Shown: piece by piece, positions 38,301 to 46,482 of the stretch
Position numbering within the stretch: the first letter of the stretch is position 1
Layout of the letters: each line of letters begins with the position of its first letter
The notes under the pieces: generated by a model
The model's input: the letters and a program-made list of their open reading frames with translations, nothing else
Told to the model about the DNA's origin: nothing
The model's database searches: none
Made by a program: the position numbers and the translations under genes
Source: a virus
Lineage: Duplodnaviria > Caudoviricetes
Strand: one strand, 5' to 3'
IMG/VR virus record: IMGVR_UViG_3300020576_002312
Location: 14,187 to 78,186 of that record
Length of the DNA: 64,000 bases

Positions 38301-39134
38301 TATCGTGAGACGAGAGATTTGAGTAAGGATGAGAGTAAGATAACCGCACAGTTAAAAAACACTTTCAAGGATAGAATGTTCGGTAGTGATAAGCTCCCAA
38401 CAAAAGTATCTATATGGGGTCAAAAGATACGTAGAATCCCCGAAGGTGAGAATCCTGTTCTTTACGGAATACTCGGCATAGCAAAACATAAAGAATATCA
38501 ACAATACTCATTCGGTGCTGAGTTATACGACTTCTACGAGAAGATGAAAGAGACTAACCCTGATGATGCAAAGAACTTATTTCCTACATTACCAACAGCC
38601 CGCACAGAGGTTGGATGGGATGATGCTAAGATGAGTCCCGAACAGGTACAGCAATATCAAGAGAGAGTAGGTCAGTTAAGGGCGCAAGAAGCAGAAACAT
38701 ATTTTAACTCTAAAGAGTGGGATGAGGCAGATGACGAGGATAAAATAGCACAACTCACAAGGATATATAGTAAGGCACGTAAGACAGCCGAGGCAGAGTT
38801 GTTTTCATGGTTAGGAATGAAGCAGTCTAAGCCAGATGATTGGAAGATACTTGTGGACAATGAGGCATTACCAATCCCCGTAGTGACCAAAAAACTCGGA
38901 GAGCATAAACTAAATAACAATGACATTAAGCAGTATAATGATATTGCTCTTCAGTTCTACGCAGATGAGGTAGTACCTATGTTGAAGGACATGACTCCCG
39001 ATGATATTAAAGAAATGAAAACACCTGATCCCGAAACAGGTATATCACCTTGGACTATTACAATGAATAAACTATGGTCGGCATCAATAAGAGGGGCGAA
39101 GGGCGTATATCTTGAATCCTTGAGTGAGAAATAG
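32385..39134 (+). CDS. giant internal virion/ejection (large polyvalent-type) protein
   Basis: 2249 aa, helical; N-terminal tandem QGLYTK.FDEF repeats; no RNAP DxDGD/DFDID motif seen; TATCTTTG 32357-32364. Confidence 0.7.
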   Translation: MEDKTKLLYDKLSEQGLYTKSFDEFTTQFSDPSKRELLHSALGKQGLYTKTFDEFNAQFFPVEKKKDTSESDGLPSSDIPSKIGQEVSKKPLEDFTTQPSQSTSTEQPSVLGELGLTLETPKPTGFHEENIGTRGLQYLSGQTPDVIGNELTRKQKQLENIPSTELKNSDGTIKLATPKSLVEDYFNFKSIPRDNSQANTAGEAVMSVPKELSNAFGRMFDDMATAGRAVEKGFAQIFLGKKGSDAYMKAKDAGTFSAPNSMSARPAESLSTFLSESTKNLKYMPEGLGGSVAKGMIDIVPDIAATLIFPEGKVFSIAPKIGLNLGKFGMEQAIRGYAQGIGESNGQFGLQLKMPVVRAIEKGAMGWMYETAGGLNQKFAGNIANRLFPNASTVSESINKSLLEHGTVSTLDGLTFGGLGSLDELLRTGKITSKTFLEGFGMGVGFHAVNGFQLLGARAYTTLLGMPSEGITRLATSGTSAEELNKQADEKINLIETKQSQNPEGDAVMAFMLKKTAQAKAMAEEVLTNKDEVIADIKANVTDKKAQEVLTDKINEVDADNDPKVQATKEINDKIAKIDEQLETIKSNKSWDDARKEVESAPLKEQKQALKDEAIATLNKPIETEFKLGDKSFKTEKELTDWLDKNYNEEDRFTSVNEDGYLEPNTMKVFNKWYKENKPRLAQEHLDKIEQSRPPKDVTFIGKQEGETPEESLDLYNVKVGGQEATFAVPSGSGRDVIEAKKQATIDKFKPAESKESIPLVEEKTDGSTGDKVSYLTDEQATRIGEKLGLTKEQVLADSPSNIDFVYDPKNKVYPIVKAIIDEIGKKPKSSLEESKPILEENNNSSGDSKPSLTDNKVEEVLSKGDEIKAKQEVVKGKIADNLDNLMSAIGGIKNITGDQRVKVLSELADLAKNIAELTSLKGEQLWNEVKKYLDERKITLPDDLISESKTSIIDTYKEKTTEKGSEVSAEEKISEKSSGDKKNANNPDVRQMEVARKAVDESMLLSDDTKQDLRDQGIEYAVQKDSALDSEVEEMVKIYGKDVAGLDQMQALITKEDNKLSGDRRNWLTALLIKERAKQIEIAPDFASKVAEKKKLTDLIIFASNKGVFSGRETRSFKKIGEALELYPEAIKASVIAKIDQKNKEFFDGNGLEKMIKEEVANFFKDKPQSKPQEDIPDIDVSKAKLARVQADRKEILAKLKESFKKPSGTLSSSVIPLSAEQVELVVKLVGNYIEEGALRTEKVVRKLRKDWEEITGEKITDEDALKLLPKEVNGRTIEQWDAEGRKPRVEKQGKPPRKLSTKSKPTPTEEELTNRLLKKAGKIATKKQLENFVKKYLTEIANKGLLTDQEFRSVLAEALGKDYVSGQSEGKIDEAAKAVSKSNEKLGLLQKAFDDWKTEYNNDPKSPKLADLRKALDSAIKDADNAMSDAKRKYQFVQSMLQEEPDFVSKLGTMIQGGLLIPSSQVANILGNVALLPETGPAYMLSGAFDALTAKTGEGMQQLISKVDPVKHPWLYRKLNAWTPSDKRTILPGEYAKGYARGFGHNFLEGVKQTFSVEGPVGTELMKGSVQRGVHPIDAFMHLYKTATKEEQRTLQQLAGDLMEALPAGYMANAQFRGLNMFDLPFRGAGESGILYEAFGIKRREQIKQANQITDKAEREKKLKYLEDTEDVAREEFYRNPDKTTLELAKRQGAKGTFSQNTALSNAINSFERFAKDQSGSVAETAVNTGLRMLKMLNMPYVTVPINIMGKSLEMSIPIFPAYKMINHIAKAGMAKEKGHYAVADSYRRMAMEDFGNAIVAGAVTTLATSLAMAGVIRGNSDDKDVKAAQQDIGKEGLRFNADAFRRWRNGEDPTWQDGDDTYSLRRLGVFSVQLGAIAQAIGEKTPEELEKMKNLGLIEKQAQIGANMLKYAPTIALEQSIMTGVNNMVQGLMGSEAEKDKWVVGMAGALSSAVYPNTMGNISQSLDGYYRETRDLSKDESKITAQLKNTFKDRMFGSDKLPTKVSIWGQKIRRIPEGENPVLYGILGIAKHKEYQQYSFGAELYDFYEKMKETNPDDAKNLFPTLPTARTEVGWDDAKMSPEQVQQYQERVGQLRAQEAETYFNSKEWDEADDEDKIAQLTRIYSKARKTAEAELFSWLGMKQSKPDDWKILVDNEALPIPVVTKKLGEHKLNNNDIKQYNDIALQFYADEVVPMLKDMTPDDIKEMKTPDPETGISPWTITMNKLWSASIRGAKGVYLESLSEK

Positions 39135-39182
39135 ACAAAAGAAAGAATAATCGTATCTTTGTAATCTAAAATACAAGTAAAA

Positions 39183-39512
39183 ATGAGCAAACTTACAGAT
39201 CAGGAGGGTAGAAGTTTAGAACTAATCCTCGATAACTTCAAATATGTTTCTATCGCAGCAGCTAACTTCGCACCCACGGGTATCTATCTTGAGAAAGGGT
39301 TCTATGTGATGCCTCACTCTGACGGCACTATCTACGGCATTACATGGCGTGACTATAGGGCAAACAACAATAGCTTTACGGGGCTTACTCCGAGTATTTA
39401 CAAGGGGCTTGATGCACAATGGATACCTGTTAGATTTGTTCGTATCTACGCAAGTAACGATGGCACATACCCAAGTATTCCTACGACTATAAATTACAGC
39501 GTGCCTTTATAG
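39183..39512 (+). CDS. small virion protein
   Basis: 109 aa; WIPVRFVRIYA motif; TATCTTTG 39154-39161. Confidence 0.55.
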   Translation: MSKLTDQEGRSLELILDNFKYVSIAAANFAPTGIYLEKGFYVMPHSDGTIYGITWRDYRANNNSFTGLTPSIYKGLDAQWIPVRFVRIYASNDGTYPSIPTTINYSVPL

Positions 39513-39580
39513 GTTAGTGCCTTGGAAAGTTCAAATCTTCTTTTAAAGGAAAATAGGTTTATTAAAGAAAAACAAAGACT

Positions 39581-41986
39581 ATGCCAAGTATAGGTATCGG
39601 AATAGGGACACATAAATCTTCTGGCGTTTCAAAGTGGACGCCACTAAAGCCATTAGGGGGCGAGACTCCTAATCTTTGGCTGACATCCCGAAGCGGTCTT
39701 TCAATGGTTGATGCTATCGGGGGAAATAATGCTACAATAACACTGCCTACATTACAGCAATCGAATAACCCTTTGATATGTGTAGATAACGGCGGTTTAG
39801 ATATTGGTGCTTCGGCTGGTGATTTTACTTTCGCAGTGAGATGTAAAAGCAATTCTACGCTAAAAACATCTTATCCCACAATAGGCGGGAAGGGAGTTAA
39901 CGGTTCTGTGAATGGTATGTATTACTTCTATCAGAACATAACTACGGGCAAAATTCACTGGGTAATAAAACCGACAGGGACAGCAAAAGATACTGAAATA
40001 AATCTTGACTTCACGGGGGCAGGATGGGTTCTTCTTTTGCTTGAAATAGACAAGACAGGTTCTGTTGGCAGGTGTTTTATTAATGGAGTTCAACAGGGAG
40101 CGGATGTAGCATATACTGGTACATGGTCAACAATGGCTAATCAATTTGAGTTCCTATTAGGGAAGGCTAATAATAATGCTGGAAGCGGATATGATTATGA
40201 TATAGATTGTATTTATTCAGAGGCATGGGTTTATAATAGGAAATTCACTTCTACTGAAAAGACAACAATAACAAATTTCGGGCATATAACAGACTTAACG
40301 GGAGAACGGGCGCACTGGATATGCGATAATATTAACCCTAGAGATTTAAGCGGGAATGGTTATCATTTGAATACTCTTGACGGCACTTCGGCAAATACAA
40401 GCAGACTTTATTCAAGCCAGGGTTCTCGTTATCTTTTGGATAAAGGGTATTCACGATATGGTTTTTCTGGAAGTTCAATTAAGGAAGATAAGTATGTAGG
40501 TTATAAGGGGGATGGAACTGCATTAGTTTCTTCGGGACTTATTGCTGGATATTCTAAAATTACAGATCATACAGGTAATATGGGTCAGCACAATCTCGCA
40601 GATAGTTACTTGACTTTTGTTGGTGCTAATTGGAGTAGGGATAATACTACTATCTTCGGAGAGATGGCACGACAAACGGCAGCGATGACAGGGGAAAGAA
40701 GCTGGTATTTGTCAGGTACTCCGAAGTTATGGCACTCATCAGAATTTAATAGGGTTAAACTTAATTCGTATTTCAATTCTTCTTATAAGGGTATTGCTTT
40801 TCCGAGAGTAGTCGGGGGTAACTCGGTTGATAATAGAGTCGGTTATCTTGAAATACTTGGTTATGCCTCAAATAAAACGGGGGCAGATTATAACAAAGCA
40901 TTAACATATACAGGAGATAGGGGCCATTCATGGGATATTTCCTACTTCTTTAGTGATACTCATTACTGTACAACAAGGGGAAATAAAATACTCGCTTATG
41001 ATGGTACGACAACATTCTCATTAAGTAATGACAAAGGAGCAACTTTCCCCATTACAAAGTCAGTTGCAGGGTATAGCGGTGGATCATGTCAAATGGCATG
41101 GATAACCGCATCAGGGAATATTTATTTCGGAAGTAAAACGAAGATGTATTATTCTTTTGATAGTCTTACTACTGTTACGGAAATGACAGTTCAGTCAGTT
41201 GGTGGCGGTGCTTTCGCTCCGGGGTCAAATGCAAACTTTACAAGGGTAAACCCTTCATCTTATATGACATTCGGTGGTTCGGAGGCTCTTATATGGGGTA
41301 ACTATTCAATCACAACGGGGTCAGATTATACGAATGCTAATGTCTGGCAGTTAAAGGACGGTGCTACTGTTCTAAGAAGTATCTATAATTATACTGGCCC
41401 GTCAAAACTAGCAAGGCATACCGAGAATATCTTTCAGGCAGCCGATGAATCTGTTTATATACAGACAGGAGATGGTAATGGGTATATAAATATCTTAAAG
41501 GGTATTTGTAATAACCTCAATACATACGACTGGACGTTCTCTTCAATCAGTCCGTCTAATACAAACGAGGGATTCTGGCATTGGGCTGGAGGGTCTTATT
41601 ATAACGGGTATCTATACGCAGGGGTCGAGCTTACTCCAAATCAAGGAATATGGAGAGCTTTATATTCAGATGATTTAACAAATACAGCATCATACAAGAG
41701 ACTGAATACATTACCATTGATGGTTATAAATATGATTGGTAATGGGAAAACACTTATTGCGTCAGACGGACAGGCTAAGAACTTGGCGATAAGTAATAAC
41801 GGACTTGATTGCTATATGTTCAGAATTGTCGGTGGTGCTGATCTTGCAGGGTTCGAGGGGGGGTATTTTGGTTTTGATCCCCCAAATAGTGACGGGTATT
41901 TTATGGGTCAAATACTCGCAAATGGAGAAACTTGGGAAGATCCGACAACAGGTCAAGTAATAATGTTAAAGATAGTAGACGAATAA
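39581..41986 (+). CDS. tail fibre/spike with LamG-like and BNR/sialidase-like propeller regions
   Basis: MPSIGIGIG N-terminus; YSEAWVYNRKFT (LamG); LSNDKGATF Asp-box. Confidence 0.7.
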   Translation: MPSIGIGIGTHKSSGVSKWTPLKPLGGETPNLWLTSRSGLSMVDAIGGNNATITLPTLQQSNNPLICVDNGGLDIGASAGDFTFAVRCKSNSTLKTSYPTIGGKGVNGSVNGMYYFYQNITTGKIHWVIKPTGTAKDTEINLDFTGAGWVLLLLEIDKTGSVGRCFINGVQQGADVAYTGTWSTMANQFEFLLGKANNNAGSGYDYDIDCIYSEAWVYNRKFTSTEKTTITNFGHITDLTGERAHWICDNINPRDLSGNGYHLNTLDGTSANTSRLYSSQGSRYLLDKGYSRYGFSGSSIKEDKYVGYKGDGTALVSSGLIAGYSKITDHTGNMGQHNLADSYLTFVGANWSRDNTTIFGEMARQTAAMTGERSWYLSGTPKLWHSSEFNRVKLNSYFNSSYKGIAFPRVVGGNSVDNRVGYLEILGYASNKTGADYNKALTYTGDRGHSWDISYFFSDTHYCTTRGNKILAYDGTTTFSLSNDKGATFPITKSVAGYSGGSCQMAWITASGNIYFGSKTKMYYSFDSLTTVTEMTVQSVGGGAFAPGSNANFTRVNPSSYMTFGGSEALIWGNYSITTGSDYTNANVWQLKDGATVLRSIYNYTGPSKLARHTENIFQAADESVYIQTGDGNGYINILKGICNNLNTYDWTFSSISPSNTNEGFWHWAGGSYYNGYLYAGVELTPNQGIWRALYSDDLTNTASYKRLNTLPLMVINMIGNGKTLIASDGQAKNLAISNNGLDCYMFRIVGGADLAGFEGGYFGFDPPNSDGYFMGQILANGETWEDPTTGQVIMLKIVDE

Positions 41987-42005
41987 CCGATTAATATAAC
42001 ACACA

Positions 42006-42458
42006 ATGTCAGAACATGAGAGTACCTTCATAGCACAACTGCAAGATGAGTTTAAGTCCTTTAAAGACGACATAGACAAGAGATATTCTCGTATGCAGGG
42101 ATTTCTTATAAGTATAATAGTGGTACTTATTGGTTCAAGTATCGCTGTCGGGTTTACCCACTTTACGAGGGATGGTGAGACACGCACAACCGTGGCTGAC
42201 AATACGAAGAAGATCGAGTATATAATGGATAACGCAATGTCACAAAAGGCTATCTCTGATATTCTGATGACATACGATAATAACACAAAGGCGATGGAGA
42301 AGTTTCTCCCTAACGACATACAGGGTTACGTCAAAGCCACGGAAGAGGCTAATCGCAATATGAGAACATATATAATGATGTTTCAGGGAGGACTTAACAT
42401 GAGAGGGGGAACGACTGACGATCAAACTAAAGGTAATGGAGGAGGAGTTGACCAATGA
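42006..42458 (+). CDS. single-TM lysis-cassette protein
   Basis: TM segment GFLISIIVVLIGSSIAVGF; position. Confidence 0.55.
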   Translation: MSEHESTFIAQLQDEFKSFKDDIDKRYSRMQGFLISIIVVLIGSSIAVGFTHFTRDGETRTTVADNTKKIEYIMDNAMSQKAISDILMTYDNNTKAMEKFLPNDIQGYVKATEEANRNMRTYIMMFQGGLNMRGGTTDDQTKGNGGGVDQ

Positions 42459-42649
42459 AAAAAGTATTAGCAGTAATTAAGAAAATCGGCAAAGGAATCA
42501 TCGCAATTCTAAAATGGGAAGAGTTCACATACGCATTCCCTTTGGGGATATTTGCATTAATAGCTTTTGTTAAATGGAGTCTATTGTTTGTAATCATTAC
42601 AGCAATATGGTCTGCTCATATAATCCTTAAAACAAATGAAGAGAAGTGA
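42455..42649 (+). CDS. small membrane protein
   Basis: Hydrophobic C-terminal half. Confidence 0.55.
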   Translation: MKKVLAVIKKIGKGIIAILKWEEFTYAFPLGIFALIAFVKWSLLFVIITAIWSAHIILKTNEEK

Positions 42650-42827
42650 GTCAGACTATCCTTATAAAGAATGCGAGTCCTGTAAGACAATAGCCGACTG
42701 TCCCCATCCAGACTGCGATAACGATATGTTGGGGTCGCCAATGCCACCTGAAATATGCTTAAGACCTATCGAGGTGATGAACGAGACTCTGAAATCAAGA
42801 AAGAAACGTAATGGTCGAAAAGATTAG
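42636..42827 (+). CDS. Cys-rich hypothetical protein
   Basis: CESC...CPHPDC...C. Confidence 0.55.
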   Translation: MKRSESDYPYKECESCKTIADCPHPDCDNDMLGSPMPPEICLRPIEVMNETLKSRKKRNGRKD

Positions 42828-43083
42828 CATCACCACATGGATAATTCTCTTATGTACTTATCTTATATTCGATTCGCTATATGTACTCTATATACAGGCT
42901 GTAAACGAATATAAAGCACTAAAGGCATCCTTTCTCGGAGTATTTATGTATCTGCTCACCGCTTATGGCACTATCGAATATATTTCTAACTTTGTGAACA
43001 TCATTCCTATCATATTAGGAAGTGGACTTGGAACTTTTATTACTATAAAATATCTTTCGGTTAAAAATGAGGAAAAAATGTAA
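42811..43083 (+). CDS. three-TM membrane protein (holin-like)
   Basis: Three hydrophobic segments and a charged tail. Confidence 0.6.
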   Translation: MVEKISITTWIILLCTYLIFDSLYVLYIQAVNEYKALKASFLGVFMYLLTAYGTIEYISNFVNIIPIILGSGLGTFITIKYLSVKNEEKM

Positions 43084-43993
43084 TAAATGTGGTAAAAGAA
43101 AAGATGTTTTTCTTATGGGTAAAAACCGTAATAGAAAGGACGGCATTGCATCTACCTGTATAGAATGTCGTACAGGTAGCAGTGATAAAAAAAGGATCCA
43201 ATTAAAAAAAGAGAAAGACGCGGGGGTAAAGACATGTATTAAGTGTGGGAAAATTAAAAGTATATCATGTTTTTGGAAAGGCATAAAAAACAGAAAAGGG
43301 GGGTACTCTTATCTTGAAGTGAATACTGCGTGTAAGGAATGTAGTTCTAAGAAAAGCAAAAAAAAGAAGGAAAGTGAATTAGAAAAAATATTATTATTTA
43401 AAAAAGGACTTGGCAGATGTACTAAATGTAATATTGTTTATTCTATTAGTTCATTTGTAAAGTCAACAGGTCAATACGGGGTTATCTTTACGTGTAATAT
43501 GTGTAAAAACAAAAGGACAAGAGAGCTGAGAAGTACACCCGAAGGTAAATTAAGAATGAAAGAAAGTAATAAAAAAACAGATAGGAGTAAATATAAAGAT
43601 ACAATTCGTAAATGGATGGAATCAAATAGGGATTATCTTAATAAACAGGAGAATTTAAGATTACATAATGATACTGCATTTAGAATTAAAAAATATCTAA
43701 GAAGAGATATAAATACTGCTCTTAAAAAACAAAAAATAGCTAAGACACATAAATTTTTAAATATAATAGGGTGTACCGTAGATGAATTAATCAAACATAT
43801 TGAATCTCGATTTACAGAAGGGATGACATGGGAAAATCATGGGCAGTTTGGATGGCATATTGATCATATTATCCCGTGTGCATCGTTTGATCTTACTAAT
43901 GAAGAAGAACAGTGTAAGTGTTTCCATTACACGAATCTTCAACCTTTATGGTGGATAGATAATCTTAAAAAAGGTGCTAAAATTTTATCTTAA
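43067..43993 (+). CDS. HNH homing endonuclease, family copy 3
   Basis: Three CxxC..CxxC ribbons; WHIDHIIPCASFDL...CFHYTNLQPLW..DN.KKG. Confidence 0.85.
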   Translation: MRKKCNKCGKRKDVFLMGKNRNRKDGIASTCIECRTGSSDKKRIQLKKEKDAGVKTCIKCGKIKSISCFWKGIKNRKGGYSYLEVNTACKECSSKKSKKKKESELEKILLFKKGLGRCTKCNIVYSISSFVKSTGQYGVIFTCNMCKNKRTRELRSTPEGKLRMKESNKKTDRSKYKDTIRKWMESNRDYLNKQENLRLHNDTAFRIKKYLRRDINTALKKQKIAKTHKFLNIIGCTVDELIKHIESRFTEGMTWENHGQFGWHIDHIIPCASFDLTNEEEQCKCFHYTNLQPLWWIDNLKKGAKILS

Positions 43994-43995
43994 TT

Positions 43996-44043
43996 TTTGT
44001 TACACTTAAATACGGAAAACGAAGCAGTGAAAAAGATAGTTAA
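43996..44043 (+). pseudogene. relic original 3' end of the 42811 membrane gene
   Basis: FVTLKYGKRSSEKDS* parallels FITIKYLSVKNEEKM*, same length. Confidence 0.55.
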
Positions 44044-44140
44044 GGAGGAAGGAGAACCTCCTGCGGTACGAAGGTTGATAAGTTTATTACTTGATAGGAA
44101 GTTTTATAAGTATAAGCAGTTTAAATACGGGAAGGCATGA
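44027..44140 (+). CDS. 37-aa basic ORF
   Basis: GTG start; ATGA overlap with the endolysin gene. Confidence 0.4.
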   Translation: MKKIVKEEGEPPAVRRLISLLLDRKFYKYKQFKYGKA

Positions 44141-44565
44141 CAGAAATATTACTTGAGTTTTTAAAACTCTACGGATTAAAAGAGGTAGCGGGAAGTGAGA
44201 ATAACCCACAGATAGTCGCCATGTTTAAGGAGATAGGGTTTGAGTCCGTGAAAGACGATGAAACGGCATGGTGTAGTGCGTCTCTCAATTATATCTGTAA
44301 AAAACTTGGATACGAAAGGAGTGGTAAGCTCGATGCACGTTCATGGCTTGCAATGCCTATACGTGTTTTACAACCGACACTTGGTGATATAGTAGTACTT
44401 TGGCGTGAATCACCTACCTCATGGAAAGGTCACGTAGGTTTGTTTATTAATCAGGATATAAATAATGTGTGGGTTTTGGCGGGAAATCAAGGTGATATGA
44501 TTTCGATCACATCGTTTCCCCGTGACAGAGTGTTAGGATATAGACAGGTACATAAATTAAAATAA
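44137..44565 (+). CDS. endolysin (TIGR02594-like NlpC/P60/CHAP peptidase)
   Basis: DDETAWCSA catalytic Cys; GHVG; VLAGNQG. Confidence 0.85.
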   Translation: MTEILLEFLKLYGLKEVAGSENNPQIVAMFKEIGFESVKDDETAWCSASLNYICKKLGYERSGKLDARSWLAMPIRVLQPTLGDIVVLWRESPTSWKGHVGLFINQDINNVWVLAGNQGDMISITSFPRDRVLGYRQVHKLK

Positions 44566-44571
44566 AAAAAT

Positions 44572-44811
44572 ATGCAACTCAGCTTAGACAACATTAATAA
44601 ACCTTCCCATAGAAAGTGGAAGAAGATAGCAGACTACTTGTTATATACGGTTCTCCCTGCTATAAACGTATTTTTGGTAGGCGTTCAGCCCGTCAGCCCT
44701 GAGTTTACTATATGGGCGATGGGGGTGAGTAACCTTCTTATAGCGCTCTTTAAAGGAGCATCAAAACTATCTGCCGAAGAAATACCCGATGAGTATGAAG
44801 ATAAAATTTAA
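44572..44811 (+). CDS. holin-like protein
   Basis: Two TM segments, directly after the endolysin. Confidence 0.6.
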   Translation: MQLSLDNINKPSHRKWKKIADYLLYTVLPAINVFLVGVQPVSPEFTIWAMGVSNLLIALFKGASKLSAEEIPDEYEDKI

Positions 44812-45535
44812 GTATATTATTTTAGCTGTATTCTTATTGATAGGATTAATTTTCTATCTTGGGTGGCACTTCGGTACGTCCAAGCAGAGATCGTTGCAAA
44901 CTATCAGCGAAAATGCCTATAAAAAGGAGTTAAAACGCCTTACAATCACTCTCGATAACAAGACAGCGTTTCTGACTACTACAGAACAGGTTTTAGAAAC
45001 CGAAAGACAGGCAAGGAAAGCGGGGGATATTGAGAGGAAAGAATTAAAGGCATTAAATATCAAACAGGCGAATGAAATTAATAGGCTCAAACTAAGGGTT
45101 GATACTTTAATTGAAGATGTAAATCATAATGGACAGATTATTGATATTCTCAATTCGCAAATCACGAACTTTGACAATAACTTGGATACAGTGTCTAGGT
45201 TTAAAGCAATAAAACTACCTTTTGAATTTAAAAAAGACGATACATGGCTATCCCTTAAAGGGAACTTCAACAGTCAAGGAAAACTTGACATATCGTTGGG
45301 CTTAGACTTCAGTGCCGACCTGATTGCCGGAATAGACAAAACGACTAAGCAGAACACCGTAATACTAAAAACTGATTGCCCTTACATAAAAACAGTAACC
45401 TTCAAGTCAATAAAACTTGATAGCCCGAAAGATAAAAAATATGGCATAGGCATTCAGTTTGGTTATGGCATTACTCGGAGTGGGTTATCTCCATTTGTCG
45501 GAGTGGGACTGCAATACTCTCTAATAAAGTTCTAA
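44789..45535 (+). CDS. spanin-like membrane protein
   Basis: N-terminal TM, coiled coil, C-terminal beta-hairpin GIGIQFGYG...GVGLQYSLIKF. Confidence 0.6.
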   Translation: MSMKIKFKYIILAVFLLIGLIFYLGWHFGTSKQRSLQTISENAYKKELKRLTITLDNKTAFLTTTEQVLETERQARKAGDIERKELKALNIKQANEINRLKLRVDTLIEDVNHNGQIIDILNSQITNFDNNLDTVSRFKAIKLPFEFKKDDTWLSLKGNFNSQGKLDISLGLDFSADLIAGIDKTTKQNTVILKTDCPYIKTVTFKSIKLDSPKDKKYGIGIQFGYGITRSGLSPFVGVGLQYSLIKF

Positions 45536-45557
45536 TAAAATCTCTAATATTCTCTAA

Positions 45558-45590
45558 TAAAAAAGCCTCCCTAAATGAGAGGCTTTACTG
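45558..45590. terminator. bidirectional intrinsic terminator
   Basis: AAAGCCTC/GAGGCTTT with A and T runs. Confidence 0.8.
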
Positions 45591-45611
45591 TTTTAATTTA
45601 ATCTTTGAGTC

Positions 45612-45653
45612 TTAGCAGCCTTTGCCGCCTTTGCCTGGTTTCTTCTTTCCCAT
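45612..45653 (-). CDS. 13-aa basic peptide MGKKKPGKGGKGC
   Basis: Own TATCTTTG (45691-45698) with upstream TTTG, A/T-rich leader and terminator. Confidence 0.55.
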   Translation of the reverse strand: MGKKKPGKGGKGC

Positions 45654-45726
45654 TACTTTAAATATTTAAGTTAACTTATAAGAGTAGCCACAAAGATAAA
45701 AACTATTTTTGAGACTACCAAATAAA

Positions 45727-46482
45727 TTATAATAAAGCAGGAATCAATTTAGCCTTTTCAAGAACATTCCCTGCCTGTGAACCTGTTCTTCCCGACACCT
45801 CTGCATCCCATACCGCTTCAGCTAGTGCGTTGTAATCGACACCACCTGATGCTGCGCTATTGAGTTTAGCACCCATTGTGCCACTTTTATTAAATTCTGT
45901 TGCCAATGCGTTCCATACTGCTGCGCCTACGTTAGCCGTGTTGAGTCCTGTTCCTGTAACTATGATATCAACACTCATATCTGCTACTCCCGCAGGCAAC
46001 CCCGATAATCCGCCTGACCCAAGAAGATTAGCTACCATGTCTCCAAATGCAGTAATATTAGCAGAGATATTCCCTTGCCCTATCATATCACAAACCATCC
46101 CTAACTGAGTAATCAGTGACCCCTCTATAGATAGAGTACAACTACCAGTCATATTGGCAATGATATTACCTAATCCTATTAGGATATTGGTAGTAATATC
46201 ACCACTACCTGTCATTGTTATGTTAGCGGAATAGATAGTCATCGAGCCTGATCCCGATGTGCGTAGAGCCATACCTCCTGCCTTTAAGGGAGGAAACCAT
46301 GCTCCTGCACCTGTTGTATATCCTTCGGGAATTGCAGATTTTTTGGATAAAGAGAGAAAGCGTAAAAGGTGGCTACTTGAATTTATACCGAGTAGGCTTC
46401 TTTCCGCACAACCATTATAGCAGTTGTAACGAATAGGGTATTGCGCTATCTGTGTTATGTTGCCAATTAGCATTATTTCCAA
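45727..46482 (-). CDS. structural protein (Gly/Ala/Thr-rich)
   Basis: AIPEGY...WFPPLKAGGM and AAVWNALA...GTMG motifs seen in phage tail cassettes. Confidence 0.6.
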   Translation of the reverse strand: MEIMLIGNITQIAQYPIRYNCYNGCAERSLLGINSSSHLLRFLSLSKKSAIPEGYTTGAGAWFPPLKAGGMALRTSGSGSMTIYSANITMTGSGDITTNILIGLGNIIANMTGSCTLSIEGSLITQLGMVCDMIGQGNISANITAFGDMVANLLGSGGLSGLPAGVADMSVDIIVTGTGLNTANVGAAVWNALATEFNKSGTMGAKLNSAASGGVDYNALAEAVWDAEVSGRTGSQAGNVLEKAKLIPALL

